64,000 nt of DNA from Octopus bimaculoides (lineage: Eukaryota), in assembly GCF_001194135.2 (NCBI RefSeq), contig NC_068985.1, forward strand, positions 40,378,646-40,442,645, read 5' to 3'. Position numbers and translations under genes: made by a program. How positions within the stretch are numbered: position 1 is the first letter of the stretch; each line of letters opens with the position of its first letter. Shown piece after piece: positions 51,722 to 64,000 of this stretch. The notes below the pieces were generated by a model. The model saw nothing but the letters and a program-made list of their open reading frames with translations. It was not told the DNA's origin and did not search any database.

Positions 51722-53545
51722 AATATTAGTAATAAACATACCAATGAGCCATGCTAATTTAGATTGATTTCTTCATTGTATCCATTTCAATACACAGCAA
51801 CTAGTATTCTCGACATTCATGAATTCATATATTATCATGTCACCAAAAAAAATGAAAGAAATTTGTTCTTATGCAAGAATTTGCTCATATAACAAGGTTG
51901 TAGGCAAATGTAACAACTTGTCCATTGATCTGGGACCCATGAAATGCTTGTAGCGATATGTAGATTCATTACATAGTGAATAGGTATATGATTTCATATA
52001 GACACAAGGTCTTGATTTGTAAAGGTTGAGTAAAATCAACTGAATCAACCATTGTACATGACTGCTAGTTATTTTATAAACAATGGAGAGACAAAAAGTA
52101 AAATTAAGAAGTAAGAATTAAACTCAGAACATACAAGACACTATAAAGCATTTAATCTAGCACAGTGTTGTTTCTGCTAATGTATCACTTTTAATAATAG
52201 AAGCAAATTGTTATGATGGTGGCAGTGGTGATGATAATATCCATCTTGTGTAAAGCAGGATCTAGTAACGATGGTGGCAGCTACCTAACCATGGAGAGCC
52301 CTTTTTGTAAGGTAAAATATATATAATATAATATATATAATATCAAACAGTTGAAAGATAAATTTACTCCTCATAGAATTCAAAATTTAGCACTTTAGAA
52401 CAGTGAGATGCTGAACTTTGGATAATGTTAAAAGCAAACAGTCCAACTCTACACCACCTCTTTTGCTCTCATACCAACTGTAATAATGTTAATGTTTTTT
52501 AAGACAGGAATTTTAAATGATGTAACCAATCCCAAAAACTTTTGAGAGAAAGGGTGATTAAGAAAAGAAAGAAGAGGACAAATAAGGCTGTAGTTTATTA
52601 CATAATCATGAAAGATATTTGATCTAATACTAACCAAAAAGTTAAGAATGAGAGCAAAATAAGTTTTCTCTACATACTGGTCTTTAGATGTATTTTGCTA
52701 CTAGTAACTATTATAGCAACCAATATCTGAAATTTTCTGTCTACTATTTAATTACATGTGACATAAATTTTCATATAATTTGCATTACTATTGCATGTAT
52801 ATCTCACTGCATAAACTTCAATAACTTCCAAACAATTTGTTTTATTTAGTAATCAGTGACAAGAAATTTGGATATCATGGCTTCAGGAAATTGAGATACC
52901 AGAGAAAACACACAAGCAAACAAAACAGACACTAACAGAGGCACCTAATATTTTAGTGGTTGGATGTTTTAGATTTGGAGAATGATCATAATGGTGCACA
53001 AAATGGAAATAAAGAATAACTGTCTTGTGGGTGTTTTTTAGGTCCAAATCAACTTTGTTTGAGCAAACCTATGACCAAAGTCATTTCAGCTGTAATCATC
53101 CTGTTCTGTCTATTTAGGGATATGCAAAACTATATTATTTAATGTGTTCCTTCGTTACTAAAAACCGTAAGTCTGATCAGAGAAATTTGGCTACAATTTC
53201 CAGCAGGTCGAATGACCATAGCAGCTGCTTCATTGGCTCAGCTTAGGTCATATAATTTATACAGGTGTGTACTAAAAGCAGTGTAGATGACCAAAAAAGA
53301 TCTAAACTTAATACTTTAACATATTTAGTTCGAAGTTCAAAACCTCCACCACCAGGTTTTGTTTTTAATTTGAATAAAATTGAATATTTCTAACCTAAGT
53401 CTAGAACACATCAGTTTTGACAAGTTTATTGGAGGTGTGTCATAAAATTTTAACAAGGTACACAAATACTACACATTTGAAGTACATATGTACTTCCAGA
53501 GGCACATGTGTGTATTGTATGTACATATGCATAAATGTGTTTGTG

Positions 53546-53665
<120 letters not shown>

Positions 53666-54329
53666 ACTCACTGAAAGTTATCTGAGAGGTGAGGGTAGGG
53701 AAACAATTCCTGAAAACTTCCTTAGCTCAAACAAGGAGGATAAAGCTAATTCAACAGCAACAAGCAGGAAACTAAAACCATTAATAGTTTGAAGAATAAG
53801 CAGTAAGACACTGAAAAAAACAATGATGTTTAAAGATGTCCAAATGATATTGGCAAATGTACAAGGTTAAGCCTGTTAGTCATTGGAAATGAGCTATATG
53901 TGTTTGCACAACCTAGCTTTCAAGGGAAGCAGGCAGAGATGCCAACTTCAAAACACGCATAAATAAAAAAAATTATGAAATTAAGCATGGATATATCCTG
54001 TGATTATAGAATTTAGTATGAAAATATGAAAGTTTATATTTGCAGCTGAATGCTGAAGGAAAGTTTATTTTTAAAGAATACAATGGCAGCCTTGCAAAGC
54101 CCAATTAGCTGAAACCAGCAAAAGAGTTATACTATGTTTATTTTTGTTGTATCTAAATGGTGTTTGAAAATGAAACATAAATCATAAAGAAATAATAATT
54201 TGGTTTATTTGGAGAGAGTTTTTTTACAACCTGAATTTGGTAAGTGGTTTTCTGCTTAGAAATTCCAAAGCACAAAATTTTAAATTTTAACTCCAGTTCT
54301 AAGAGGAGAAAGAGATATGATCTATGTGA

Positions 54330-55200
54330 AGTATCCAATAGTGCCAATCTGTTTGTTGGTTGCTCTTTTCATACATCCCCACTCAGAGCTTTAGAGTCTA
54401 GACACCAGTCTTATCCATTAACAACTCACAGCTTTCATTGCCTTCATAAACTCCTACTCTACCTTAGAATTCATTTGTATCATCCTCACATCTCTAACTT
54501 TCTAGACCAGTCCATTTCTACTGACCATCCCAATCTTTCTACCTATGTCTTTCATAAATCTACCAACTCTCACTCCTATTTCATTTCTCACCAAATCTGA
54601 TATCCCCTACATACAATCCCTCCACCTTCAAGACTGCTACTACAAAATAATCTACCAGCTCCAACAATGTGGTGATCCCCTACCAGCTACTCTTCCTACT
54701 GTGCCCTGCCTACTGACAACCCCCAACCCCCACACACACACTTTCTGCCCTATATCTGCTGCACCACTAACTGTCTTTCCTTCCTCTTCACCTTTCATCC
54801 CCTCTATCAACTTCTCTAGCATGCCATCCTATGAAACTTCCATTTCCTTCAATCCAACCTTGTCATCTCAAACATTTTCCCTGAATACCCTTTGTCTTCC
54901 TTCAGAGATGTAACTGCAATTTGGGACACCATCTGGGCCACAGTTTCTTCACTCTTTTAAACACCTATATGGATGCTGATTATCTTTTCAGGTCATAGAT
55001 GGCTTCACTTTCAACTTCAGAAATGCCATCTATTTCAAATACTAAATTAATGGTTTAGTGTATACTAGGAAAACTGGTAACAGGCTGGCCAATTATTTTG
55101 AGGGAACATTTGTTGGACATCCATTACAAAAATAGTTATTTCTGTAGGCTTACAATTCAATTCTCCAGGCCACTCGCACCTGCAACCTGCTGTTTGTGAG
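54330..55200 (+). mobile_element. Degenerate Penelope-like element (RT C-terminal half plus GIY-YIG)
   Basis: SANLFVG (cf. YANLFVG); LTAFIAFINS; FLDQSISTDHPNLSTYVFHKSTNSHSY (cf. FLD...TSVYxKPTxSHSY); later FRNAIY...GLVYT.KTGNRLA...REHLLDI...VGLQFNSPGHS with frameshifts. Confidence 0.75.
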
Positions 55201-56404
55201 ATCATACAATGATCTTACCCATTGACAACTCACAGCTTTCATTGCCTTCATAAACTCCTACTCTACCTTAGAATTCATTTGTATCATCCTCACATCTCTA
55301 ACTTTCTAGACCAGTCTATTTCTACTGGCCATCCCAACCTCATTATTATATAATGATTCAGGATACATTTACTTCTTGAATTCATTTGTATCATCCTCAC
55401 AACTCTAACTTTCTCTCAATTTCCTGGCTTTTTTGGCAATATCAGTTAATCTTTCATTGGCTGGCATCAGTAACCAATTTGCTTTCCTCTAAAACACTAC
55501 CATATACACATTGCTAAATGCCCAAACCTGCATTTCACAAAACCCCTTTTCTTTACACATTCACTCATGCACACTTCACTTCCAACCCACCACACACTAT
55601 CATGCTTTTCACCATATATTTATTCTCCACCATACATACACACATTTACTCACAACATTGTTCACACATTCAAATCTCTGTTTGTTTCAATGACACTGCT
55701 TCACTACACTGGCTCATGCTTGTTATTTATATTGCACCAATTACTCACTTCCTCTCTGCTATTCCAACATACTTCATTTTTGACCTAACATTGTCTTTTC
55801 TTCCTTTCCAATTTTTTTCTTCCTGTTCTCCTTTCATCTATACTGACAAAAGACAAGTGTCCAAAACGTCCATTTCTCTTCTTTTCCTTGCATTGAAATT
55901 ACATTGACTTATTTTATCAGTTTCTTTTGCTGAACCACTACATAACAAGGATATAAACAAACTAACACTGGTTGCTGAATGGTGGTGGAGGGGACAAAAA
56001 CACACACACACATGTGCACATGCATACACACATGCACACACACACACACAAAGAGCTTCTTTCTGTTTCCATCTACAAATCTACTCACAAGGTTTTGGTT
56101 ACAGGTTTTGGTTAGCTAGGGGCTATAGTAAAAGACTGCCCAAGGTGCCATTCAGTGGATCTAAACATGTAGTTGGAAGAAAACTTTTTACCATGCCATA
56201 ACATAACTTATTTTGTTGGTGCCCAGCATGTAACATTTTTTACCTACATATTTCTTGAATTATTTGAACATACAAATACTATACTTTAGCAGACATAACA
56301 CAGATTAGATTTTATATCATCATCATTGTTATGTTGGAACTATAAATAAAGCTTAAATTTTCCTCATATACAGACACTCCAGTTACTAACCTGACAAAAA
56401 TATT

Positions 56405-56610
56405 GGTTTCAAAATTTTGGCACTAGGCCAGCAATTTTGGGGGAGGGAGTAGATCAATTACATTGTTCAACTGGTACTTATTTTATCAACCCCTAAAAGA
56501 TGAAAGGGAAGGTCAACCTCAGCAGCATTTGAACTCAGAACATAAAGACAGACGAAATGCAGCTAAGCATTTTGCCCGGTATGCTTATGATTCTGCTTGC
56601 TCACCACCTT
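56405..56610 (-). mobile_element. Family B SINE with 17-bp TSD
   Basis: Reverse complement matches the 51506 copy; TSD aacctgacaaaaatatt (56388-56404) / aacctgatgaaaatatt (56612-56628). Confidence 0.88.
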
Positions 56611-56791
56611 AAACCTGATGAAAATATTTACCATTACAAGATAAAAACAGTGCCTTTTCAGTAGCAAGGAAATATCTTCACAGATGCTCAACTTACTAAT
56701 AAACTAATAAGCTAACTAAAGACCCTCTAAGTGGCCCCTCAACCTGCAACAAATAGCACCCATATCTTCCTGAAATCACACCTTACTGCCT

Positions 56792-56826
<35 letters not shown>

Positions 56827-59129
56827 CAGAAAAGAAAAGAGACAGACATACTGGATAATGTATATACAATGTCTAAATAAAAGACGGAGTATCACTGATG
56901 GAACACTTGATCTAAACTGACCCAAGTCTAAACAACTGCAACAAACCTGCTTAATGCTTGAAGCAAACCTATTGTCCTTCCTAAGTGTGTGTGTGTGTGT
57001 ACACATACGTATATATTATGAAGGAATCCTGTCATAGAAGCCATGCCAAAGCAGGCACTGGAGCTCAGCGCAATCTTCTGGTTCATCAGTTCCTGTCAAA
57101 CCAATCTGACCCATGCCAGCATGAAAATAGACATTAAATCATGATGATGATGATAAAAAAGCTTGTGCTATTATAGCATTTACTTACTTATAATTTAATA
57201 AGTAGTCTTCTGTTACTTCTATTTGGCATCATCTTGGGAACAAGAAGTAAATGGATCCTGAATTATTATATAACAATGAGGTTGGGATGGTCAGTAGAAA
57301 TGGACTGGTCTAGAAAGTTAGAGATGTGAGGATGATGCAAATGAATTCTAAGGTAGAGTAGGAGTTTATAAAGACAATGAAAGCTGTGAGTTGTTAATGG
57401 GTAAGACTGGTGTCTAGACTCTAAAGCTCTGAGTGGGGATGTATGAAAAGAGCAACCAACAAACAAATTGGCACTATTGGATACTTCACATAGATCATAT
57501 CTCTTTCTCCTCTTAGAAATGGAGTTAAAATTTAAAATTTTGTGCTTTGGAATTTCTAAGCAGAAAACCGCTTACCAAATTCAGGTTGTAAAAAAACCCT
57601 CCCCAAATAAACCTAATTATTATTTCTTTATAATTTATGTTTCATTTTCAAACACCATTTAGATACAACAAAAATAAACATAGTATAACTCTTTTGCTGG
57701 TTTCAGCTAATGGTCAGTTTGATCTTCATTCCAAGTTACCAAAAAAAGCTTTCATTTGGGCCTAATTTTACAGCAAATAAATAAGGATAGAACCCCCATA
57801 TATTTACTTATTCTTAACTCAAGCTGTATTGGTATTCTAGTGATTTTTATCCTTACATATAGTCTATTGTCTTAAGTAGAGCTTTCGCTCTACTCATCAA
57901 TTACTTTTCCTCGTGGAATATAGGGACTAAATATAGATTATTCGAAATTTTAAAAGCTCTAACTGAATGTGTAATGCTATAAAAGATAGGAGGGAGATCA
58001 TATGAAGCTATTTGTATACAAAAAACACCAAATGATGAAGGATGCTCTTTAGGAAAGTAACAAAAAAAAAAAGATATTAACAGAAGTGTATGCCTTGTCA
58101 ACTTACAAAAGAGCTAGTTATTGACTCCTTGAATAGCTAGTTATTCATGAAAATTAATCTCTTCTATACACAGATATCACTAACTATATCTTGCAAAAAT
58201 AAAATTAAAATATTCATTTGATTATTCACTAAAAATGAAAAGGGTAAGTGGGAGTTCTATGAGATCATGTAAACACAAACTTTCTGAAAGCAAAATAAAG
58301 AAAAAACAATCTGTGAAAGACTTATGTGCTTTAGCACATATAAGATTCCCAGCACCCACACAGTAGGACATCTTTCAACACATTAGTGATACTGAAGAAC
58401 TTTAGGTGGGTAACAATCTACACAAAATAAATATTTGCTCTAATTAAACCATACAAGCATCCTTTCATTGGTGAGATAGCAACATGCTCTCCCTCTTGCT
58501 GGGTTGTTTGGTGTACCACTAAAAACTGTCTTTATATGATGCATTCAGGGAGGATACAGCAGACTAATTTTCTGTTCCATTCTTAAGAGAATTTTTCTGC
58601 TTAAAATTTCAAACTACTTTTAATCATTTATCAGTTTTAAACCATCCACACTACTAACATCAGTAACTGTTGTGTAATATATATCCACTGTCAAATGGAC
58701 TGTAGCATTCAGAGTTTAAGGTCCTGCACCAAAAGCTAGCTCATTGACCCTTTAATAGAGTACACTCTGTTGCAAGCATTCAGGCAAAGTCTCCCATTTG
58801 AGGATAACATCCTTCTGTCCTCCCACCTATCTTTGAATCTTGAAAGTTGGGGTCACAGTCACTGCTTAGACTCCACTAAGACATGTAAAATAGAATAAAA
58901 GAAAAACAGATTCATGAAACAGACTGTTCTAGATTCATTTGCTTAAGAAGATGAGAAAAATAGACTTATTCATGACATAATGTCATGAACAGATAAAATT
59001 AAATGAATACTTGCATCAGATATGAACTAAAAATCTATGCAGTGGTAGTCTAGTAATCACTATACTCAACCATTTTACATGAAATATTCCAATTAGAACT
59101 TATGTAGTAATTGTTACTGGTGGTATTAT

Positions 59130-59690
59130 TATTATTATTACTACTATTATTATTGAGTGAGAGAGCAGTGCATGCCATTGAAGTGACACTGGGGTAAAAT
59201 ATATGAAGCCCAGTATACCCATCATGACAATCTGTCAGATAAGGGTACACCAGGCATATGCATCACAACCATATGTGAACGACATATTAAGATAAACAGT
59301 GCATGACCTCGCAGGTGGAGCCCTGTTAGAATTTTCTTCAGATCAAGTAGCCTATCCTGCTCAAAAGGTCCCTGAATAAGGGTTGTTTAAGGATGTTGAA
59401 TGAAACACCCATGTTTCCGGAAGTGAATAATCCAAACCCCAAAGAATTCCTCTCAACACATGGCTATGATGCTCCCCTACTACTTCTGTTCGTGATCAGA
59501 GATGCAAATATCATCAGCCACTAAGGGACATGCTCAACTGGTTAAGGTCAAACAACTGACAAGCAAATCTGTGGTATTGAGCAGAATATGTGCTGTAGCC
59601 CATCTTTTGTACCAAGACAAAACAATGTACTAATTAACACTTCCAGTCAGCTAAGATCAGAAGTCATGAGAGCAACTGTCTGGTACTGCA
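59130..59690 (-). mobile_element. SINE-like interspersed repeat with (TAA)n tail on the minus strand
   Basis: Recognised repeat body (tgctcaataccacagatttgcttgtcagttgtttgaccttaaccag... on minus), bounded by ATT/TAA runs; family not named. Confidence 0.55.
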
Positions 59691-59717
59691 TTATTATTAT
59701 TACTATTACTACTATTG

Positions 59718-60125
59718 AGATGGCAGAATCATTAGCATGCCTGGCAAAATACTTAACAGCATTACTCCATGTTCTGAGTTTAAATTTTACTGAAGACAAC
59801 TTTTTCATCCTCTTGGGGGATCAATAAAATAAGTACCAGTTGAGCACTGGGGTTTATGCAATCAACTAACTCTCTTCCCTGAAACTGCTGGACTTGCACC
59901 AAAATTTGAAACCAATATTTAGTGCAGTCTTTTATCTTCTAAGTTCAAGTTTCTCCAACACCAACTATGCCAGTTATACATCAAAGACTGATAAAATAAA
60001 TACCAGTTAAATAATGGGGAGGGTATATAACAATGGGGTTTATATACCCAACTTTTTCCTCTCCCCAAAATTTTTGGCCTGGTGAGGTCAAGATTGTGCC
60101 TATTTAAGAAATCATTATTATATTA
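59718..60125 (+). mobile_element. Two family B SINE copies in tandem, the second partial
   Basis: Head gagatggcagaatcattagcatg after an (ATT)n run; tail ccaaaatttgaaaccaatatt at about 59900-59920; second copy ends gtgcctatttaagaaatcattattat. Confidence 0.75.
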
Positions 60126-60829
60126 TTGCTAAAAACATGAGTCATGACTTGTTACACTTCTTGTCAGCTTTGTCAATATAAAAGGTTTGTTTTGTTTTTT
60201 CTTTCCATCATACATTGTTTTATAGTAAAACTGACTGATGGCACAATACACTGGTTGCCTAATTCTTCTTACACTCATTCAGGCCAAGTCTGTGCTTTTC
60301 AATTTTCATAAATACTGATTTAAAAATAAAATTCATTTTAATATAGCTTCACTTGTTTGTTTAATAAACCAGGAAAGGAGTCAAGAAAAAGTAAGAAATA
60401 CTAGAAAGGTGGAGGAACAAAGTTAGCACCTCACCTTTACTAAAACAACAGAGAGAAGAAAAGCAGGTAATTTTCTCACTCCAGCTGTCTGTGACAGTGA
60501 TGGCCTGCCAAGCCTTGCCATTGCCATCACCAGTAACACCTGTTTCACTTACATCGAAGAAGGTGTTGGCAGTATTTTGGTATCTTCAACAGATGACATC
60601 TCCAGCAGCGAAACCACCACCAACAACATCAACAACCTCTCCACCAGAACCACCACCATAAATACCACTGCCAGCAACATGAATAATAATAAAAGCCACA
60701 AACTGTGCCTCAAAAAGAGATTGTTTGCACAAATAATATAACTCTGGAAAGAACACCCTTGGCAACTGAAGGCCAAGAGTTAGGAGACCAAATCTGCTGT
60801 TGCTTCCAGAAGAGGAACTATTGAAGGAC

Positions 60830-61330
60830 AGAAGAGTCTAGATGCAGAAGTGGTTCACTGCACCCTTTCACTTTCAGGAAGCCCTATGAGTGATTGTGGA
60901 AACAGCAAAACTGTTAACAAATGCACTGAACAGTAATACGATCCAGTCAGTCATATTCTTCTGAGACCTAACACTGTGTATCACTGATACATCAAAAGGC
61001 TAATGAGCTGCCACTTACACCATTTACTATCTTTAATGAATATTTCATGAAAAGGACATATCTCCAATCAGAAGATCTTGTAGTGTGCAAATATGCCTTG
61101 TGTGAGTCTATTTTGCTGGAATTGCAGTTGCAGTGGGTGGAACACATGATCCATACAGAGGACACTAGTTTCCACAAGGCTATTCTCCACAGTGAGCTGA
61201 AATGTGAAAGCCATCAAAGAAAATGCTCAAAACTTCATCATAAGAATATCTATCACCAAACAACATTTCAATGAAGCAGATGACCTGAACAGAATTACCT
61301 TAAGGGAGACATTAAACACAATAACAAGAA
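60830..61330 (+). mobile_element. Degenerate RTE (BovB-like) LINE ORF2 C-terminus
   Basis: SLDAEVVH; SET*TVYH*YIKRLMSCHLHHLLSLMNIS*KGHISNQKIL*CANMP; ESILLELQLQWVEHMIHTEDTSFHKAILHSEL. These match RTE ETWTxY...LERFH...WQD.ISN.EVL..A..PSIE..L...QLRW.GHV.RM...R.PK.ILY.EL. Confidence 0.8.
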
Positions 61331-61624
61331 TAAAAGAAAGCGAAAGCTAGAGCAAGATTCTCTACATTAACTCTGTCAATAAATATTCTGCAGTATTTAC
61401 AAACATAATAATACCAGCACTTTTGGTCAACATGAAAGTACAAATCACTGCTGATGAAGAAAATATACTTTTTTACCATCAAGTTATACATGGTTATGAG
61501 TGACTGCTGAGATGTGAGTGTGTGTAAAGACCAAGTATTATTAATCAAATTCTAACAGCTTTTCATCCTACAGGGTTTAATAAAAAAAAAAAGTAGTACG
61601 TATGTGTATATGGGCACACACACA

Positions 61625-62016
61625 TGTTGTTGTTGTTGTTGGCACTCCGTCGCTTACAACGTTGAGGGCTCCAGTTGATCTGATCAACGGAACAGCCTGC
61701 TCGTGAAATTAATGTGCAAGTGGCTGAGCAATCCACAGACACGTGTACCCTTAATGTAGTTCTCAGGGATATTCAGCGTGACACAGTGTGACAAGGCTGG
61801 CCCTTTGAAATATAGGTACAACAGAAACAGGAAGAAAGAGTGAGAGAAAGTTGTGGTGGAAGAGTACAGCAGGGTTCGCCACCATCTCCTGCCGGAGCCT
61901 CGAGGAGCTTTAGGTGTTTTCGCTCAATAAACACTCACAACGCCTGGTCTGGGAATCGAAACCACGATCCTATGACCACGAGTCTGCTGCCATAACCACT
62001 GGGCCATTGCACCTCC
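61625..62016 (-). mobile_element. tRNA-derived SINE, family C, full length with (CAA)n tail
   Basis: Minus strand begins ggaggtgcaatggcccagtggtt...gtggtttcgattccc (A and B boxes) and ends ...gacggagtgccaacaacaacaac. Confidence 0.9.
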
Positions 62017-62763
62017 ATGGGCACACACACATACATATATATTAAATGATCATTAGTTTAAGGTCATGAAACAATAACATATGGACTGATAACCTAAATG
62101 GAGTAAGCCTGAAATGTTTTATTGCTATGCCTTATAAACTTGAAGTCTTTTAGCTGTAAAAGAAGTGAAATACAAAGTAATAGTCTTTTAAAGCATTAAT
62201 GAGAAAATTGAAACCTGTCTATGTACTCTAGTTATCAGAATGTGAACTGCTGCCATTATTTAAAGTAATACCTTGAAAATTTACTAGAAAAAAAAAGCAT
62301 GAGTTGATAATAAATTTCCATATAATATAAAATATCACATACAAAAGAATATTGAAAACAGTCACGATAAAACAAATCATTATAAGAAATGTTTTTTTTT
62401 TTTAATTTTTAAACATTTTATTGGGTATTATTGACAGTCAAACTATGATGATTCTGATGAATGATGTATGTTACACATATACACACCATTTAGCAGTGAT
62501 CAACTACTTTTGTTAGCTGTTTACACATACATGAAAGTGTGCATAGAGGCATGCTCTAGTATTTTGCAGTTTAAGAAAGTGAAGACTGCTAGCTATGAAA
62601 GAACAGTAATGCAAAACTGTGTCAATCATGTTCTTTTCACTTCTATATATAATTAGTTTATAAATAAAACAAAAACTGGCAACAAATATCTTTGTTTAAT
62701 TGCAAGGTTTCTTTGAAAACCCTCCATTGAAAAATAGCAGAAAAAGAAACAATTCACACACAT

Positions 62764-62813
<50 letters not shown>

Positions 62814-63337
62814 TGTCTAAATACAGTTTACTTCCTTCCAGTATCCAAACATTTGGTTTCAATTTAATACAATCTTGTAGACTAAATCTTGTTCCTTTAA
62901 ACTTTAGTGCTGAAGAAGGCAGCAAAAGAAAGAGGACAGTTGGAATGGGGTAAGGGGGCAGGATGAGGAAGAAGGAAGGGAAATAATAAAAAGGAGCTGG
63001 ATAGCAGGGAAGTACTGTTTAAATGGCTGTTCAGTAGGGAGGGGACAACAATAATTGAAATCACTTCCTGATTTGACTACAAAGTTCTCTACAGTAGAAT
63101 AAATAGATAAGGTGTTGATTACAGTTGCTTATAAACATTGCTAACTATCACCAAATTAGACATTTAGATAAGCCATTGAATCCACAAGATGGTAAATAAT
63201 ATATTTTATCTGACATCATTAACAAAACTAAAATCCAAATTATTCATCAATGTGATAGATAAAACAAGCTTACTTGAATATTCATCATGTAATGAATAAA
63301 ACAAGCTTATTTTAATTATCTATGAAATTCAAAGTAT

Positions 63338-63713
63338 GCTATGTGGTTAAGTAGCTTGCTTCCCAATCATGGGCTTCAGTCCCTTTGAGCAGTACAAGTG
63401 CCTTTTACCACAAGCTGCAGGCCAATCAAAACCTTGTGAGTGGATTTGGTAGACTGATACTGAAAGAAGCCTGTTGTGTATATGCATGCGAATCCTAGTC
63501 TAGACCTCATACAATGATTGTAAATGAGCATCGATCTCATACAAGTGAGAGTGTTTGTTTCCAATTTTCTGTGAAAAATCATGTCTAGGAATGGGGAAAT
63601 ATTACCTTGCTTGGAAACAGGTGAGGGCATCTGGCAATAGAAAATCTGCTTCATTAAATTCCATCTGACCCATGCATACACGGAAAAGTGAATGCTAAAC
63701 AAAGATGATGATG
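63338..63713 (+). mobile_element. SINE with a family A head and an RTE-type 3' tail
   Basis: 5' 150 nt match family A; 3' part ends ctgacccatgca...aagatgatgatga like the RTE tails. Confidence 0.7.
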
Positions 63714-63811
63714 AAACTTTGATACGTTCATTTGTGTAAACAATAATCAATAATAATTGTTGATTACGTAGTAGAGGAAATGCTTAAGAGCATTTAATTG
63801 TCTCTCTGTAC

Positions 63812-63960
63812 ATCATCATATGTTCATCTTTTCCATGCTGCCATTGGTTGGACAGGTCTTCACCACTTGTTGTGGACCCTTGTCATTTCTTTCATTAGTC
63901 TCATCTTTAGGTCAGCCTTTCTCAGGTTTTCCTCAATATCCTGAAGATACCTTCCTGTTC
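63812..63960 (-). mobile_element. RTE-type LINE extreme 3' end
   Basis: Minus strand tail ccaaccaatggcagcatggaaaagatgaacatatgatgatg, preceded by a degraded GRP-like ORF end. Confidence 0.55.
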
Positions 63961-64000
63961 AACTGAATTCAAATTCTATCTTGGTCAAATTTACGATTTT

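Larger units (their letters stand above)
54104..57711. repeat. Long inverted repeat: arms 54104-54533 and 57282-57711, plus a partial direct copy at 55213-55378
   Basis: Arms align over 430 bp with about 11 substitutions by eye and no indels; spacer 2748 bp. Confidence 0.93.

Noticed and set aside
58969-58989. Perfect 21-bp palindrome ttcatgacat-a-atgtcatgaa (also a 10-bp hairpin at 3273-3296)
   Set aside because: 10-bp arms in AT-rich DNA are within chance expectation for a 64-kb window.
60481-60776. Hydrophobic minus-strand ORF ending at a gtaagt donor, and Thr/Asn-rich plus frame
   Set aside because: Driven by acc/aac low-complexity repeats next to an RTE relic; no acceptor or homology support.
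61950-62016. tRNA gene (also other SINE heads)
   Set aside because: A and B boxes are present but there is no complete cloverleaf; each head continues directly into a SINE body.

Overview
AT-rich, repeat-dense eukaryotic genomic DNA from a gapped short-read scaffold (7 N-runs). The repeat families (tRNA-headed SINEs, RTE tails ending in (GAT)n, maT/mariner relics, long CA/TA/GA microsatellites) point to a coleoid cephalopod, most likely Octopus; this is an inference from recognised families, not a search. No intact protein-coding gene could be identified, so the window looks intronic or intergenic, with only a few low-confidence minus-strand mini-exon candidates. Supported features: one structurally near-intact 5S rRNA copy without a terminator and fused to a downstream SINE; relics of an R4/Dong-like LINE, RTE and CR1 LINEs, Penelope-like elements (PLE), two mariners, two maT/Tc1-like elements and a Tigger/pogo; a complete non-autonomous Helitron; a probable solo LTR; and many SINEs. 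The most notable observations are the 5S+SINE chimera (6055-6598), a 430-bp ~97% identical inverted duplication built on PLE fragments (54104-57711), a 12-nt microexon candidate (27627-27638), a hammerhead-like motif (39147-39183) and a pre-miRNA-like hairpin (42368-42433). Boundaries of degenerate elements are approximate.
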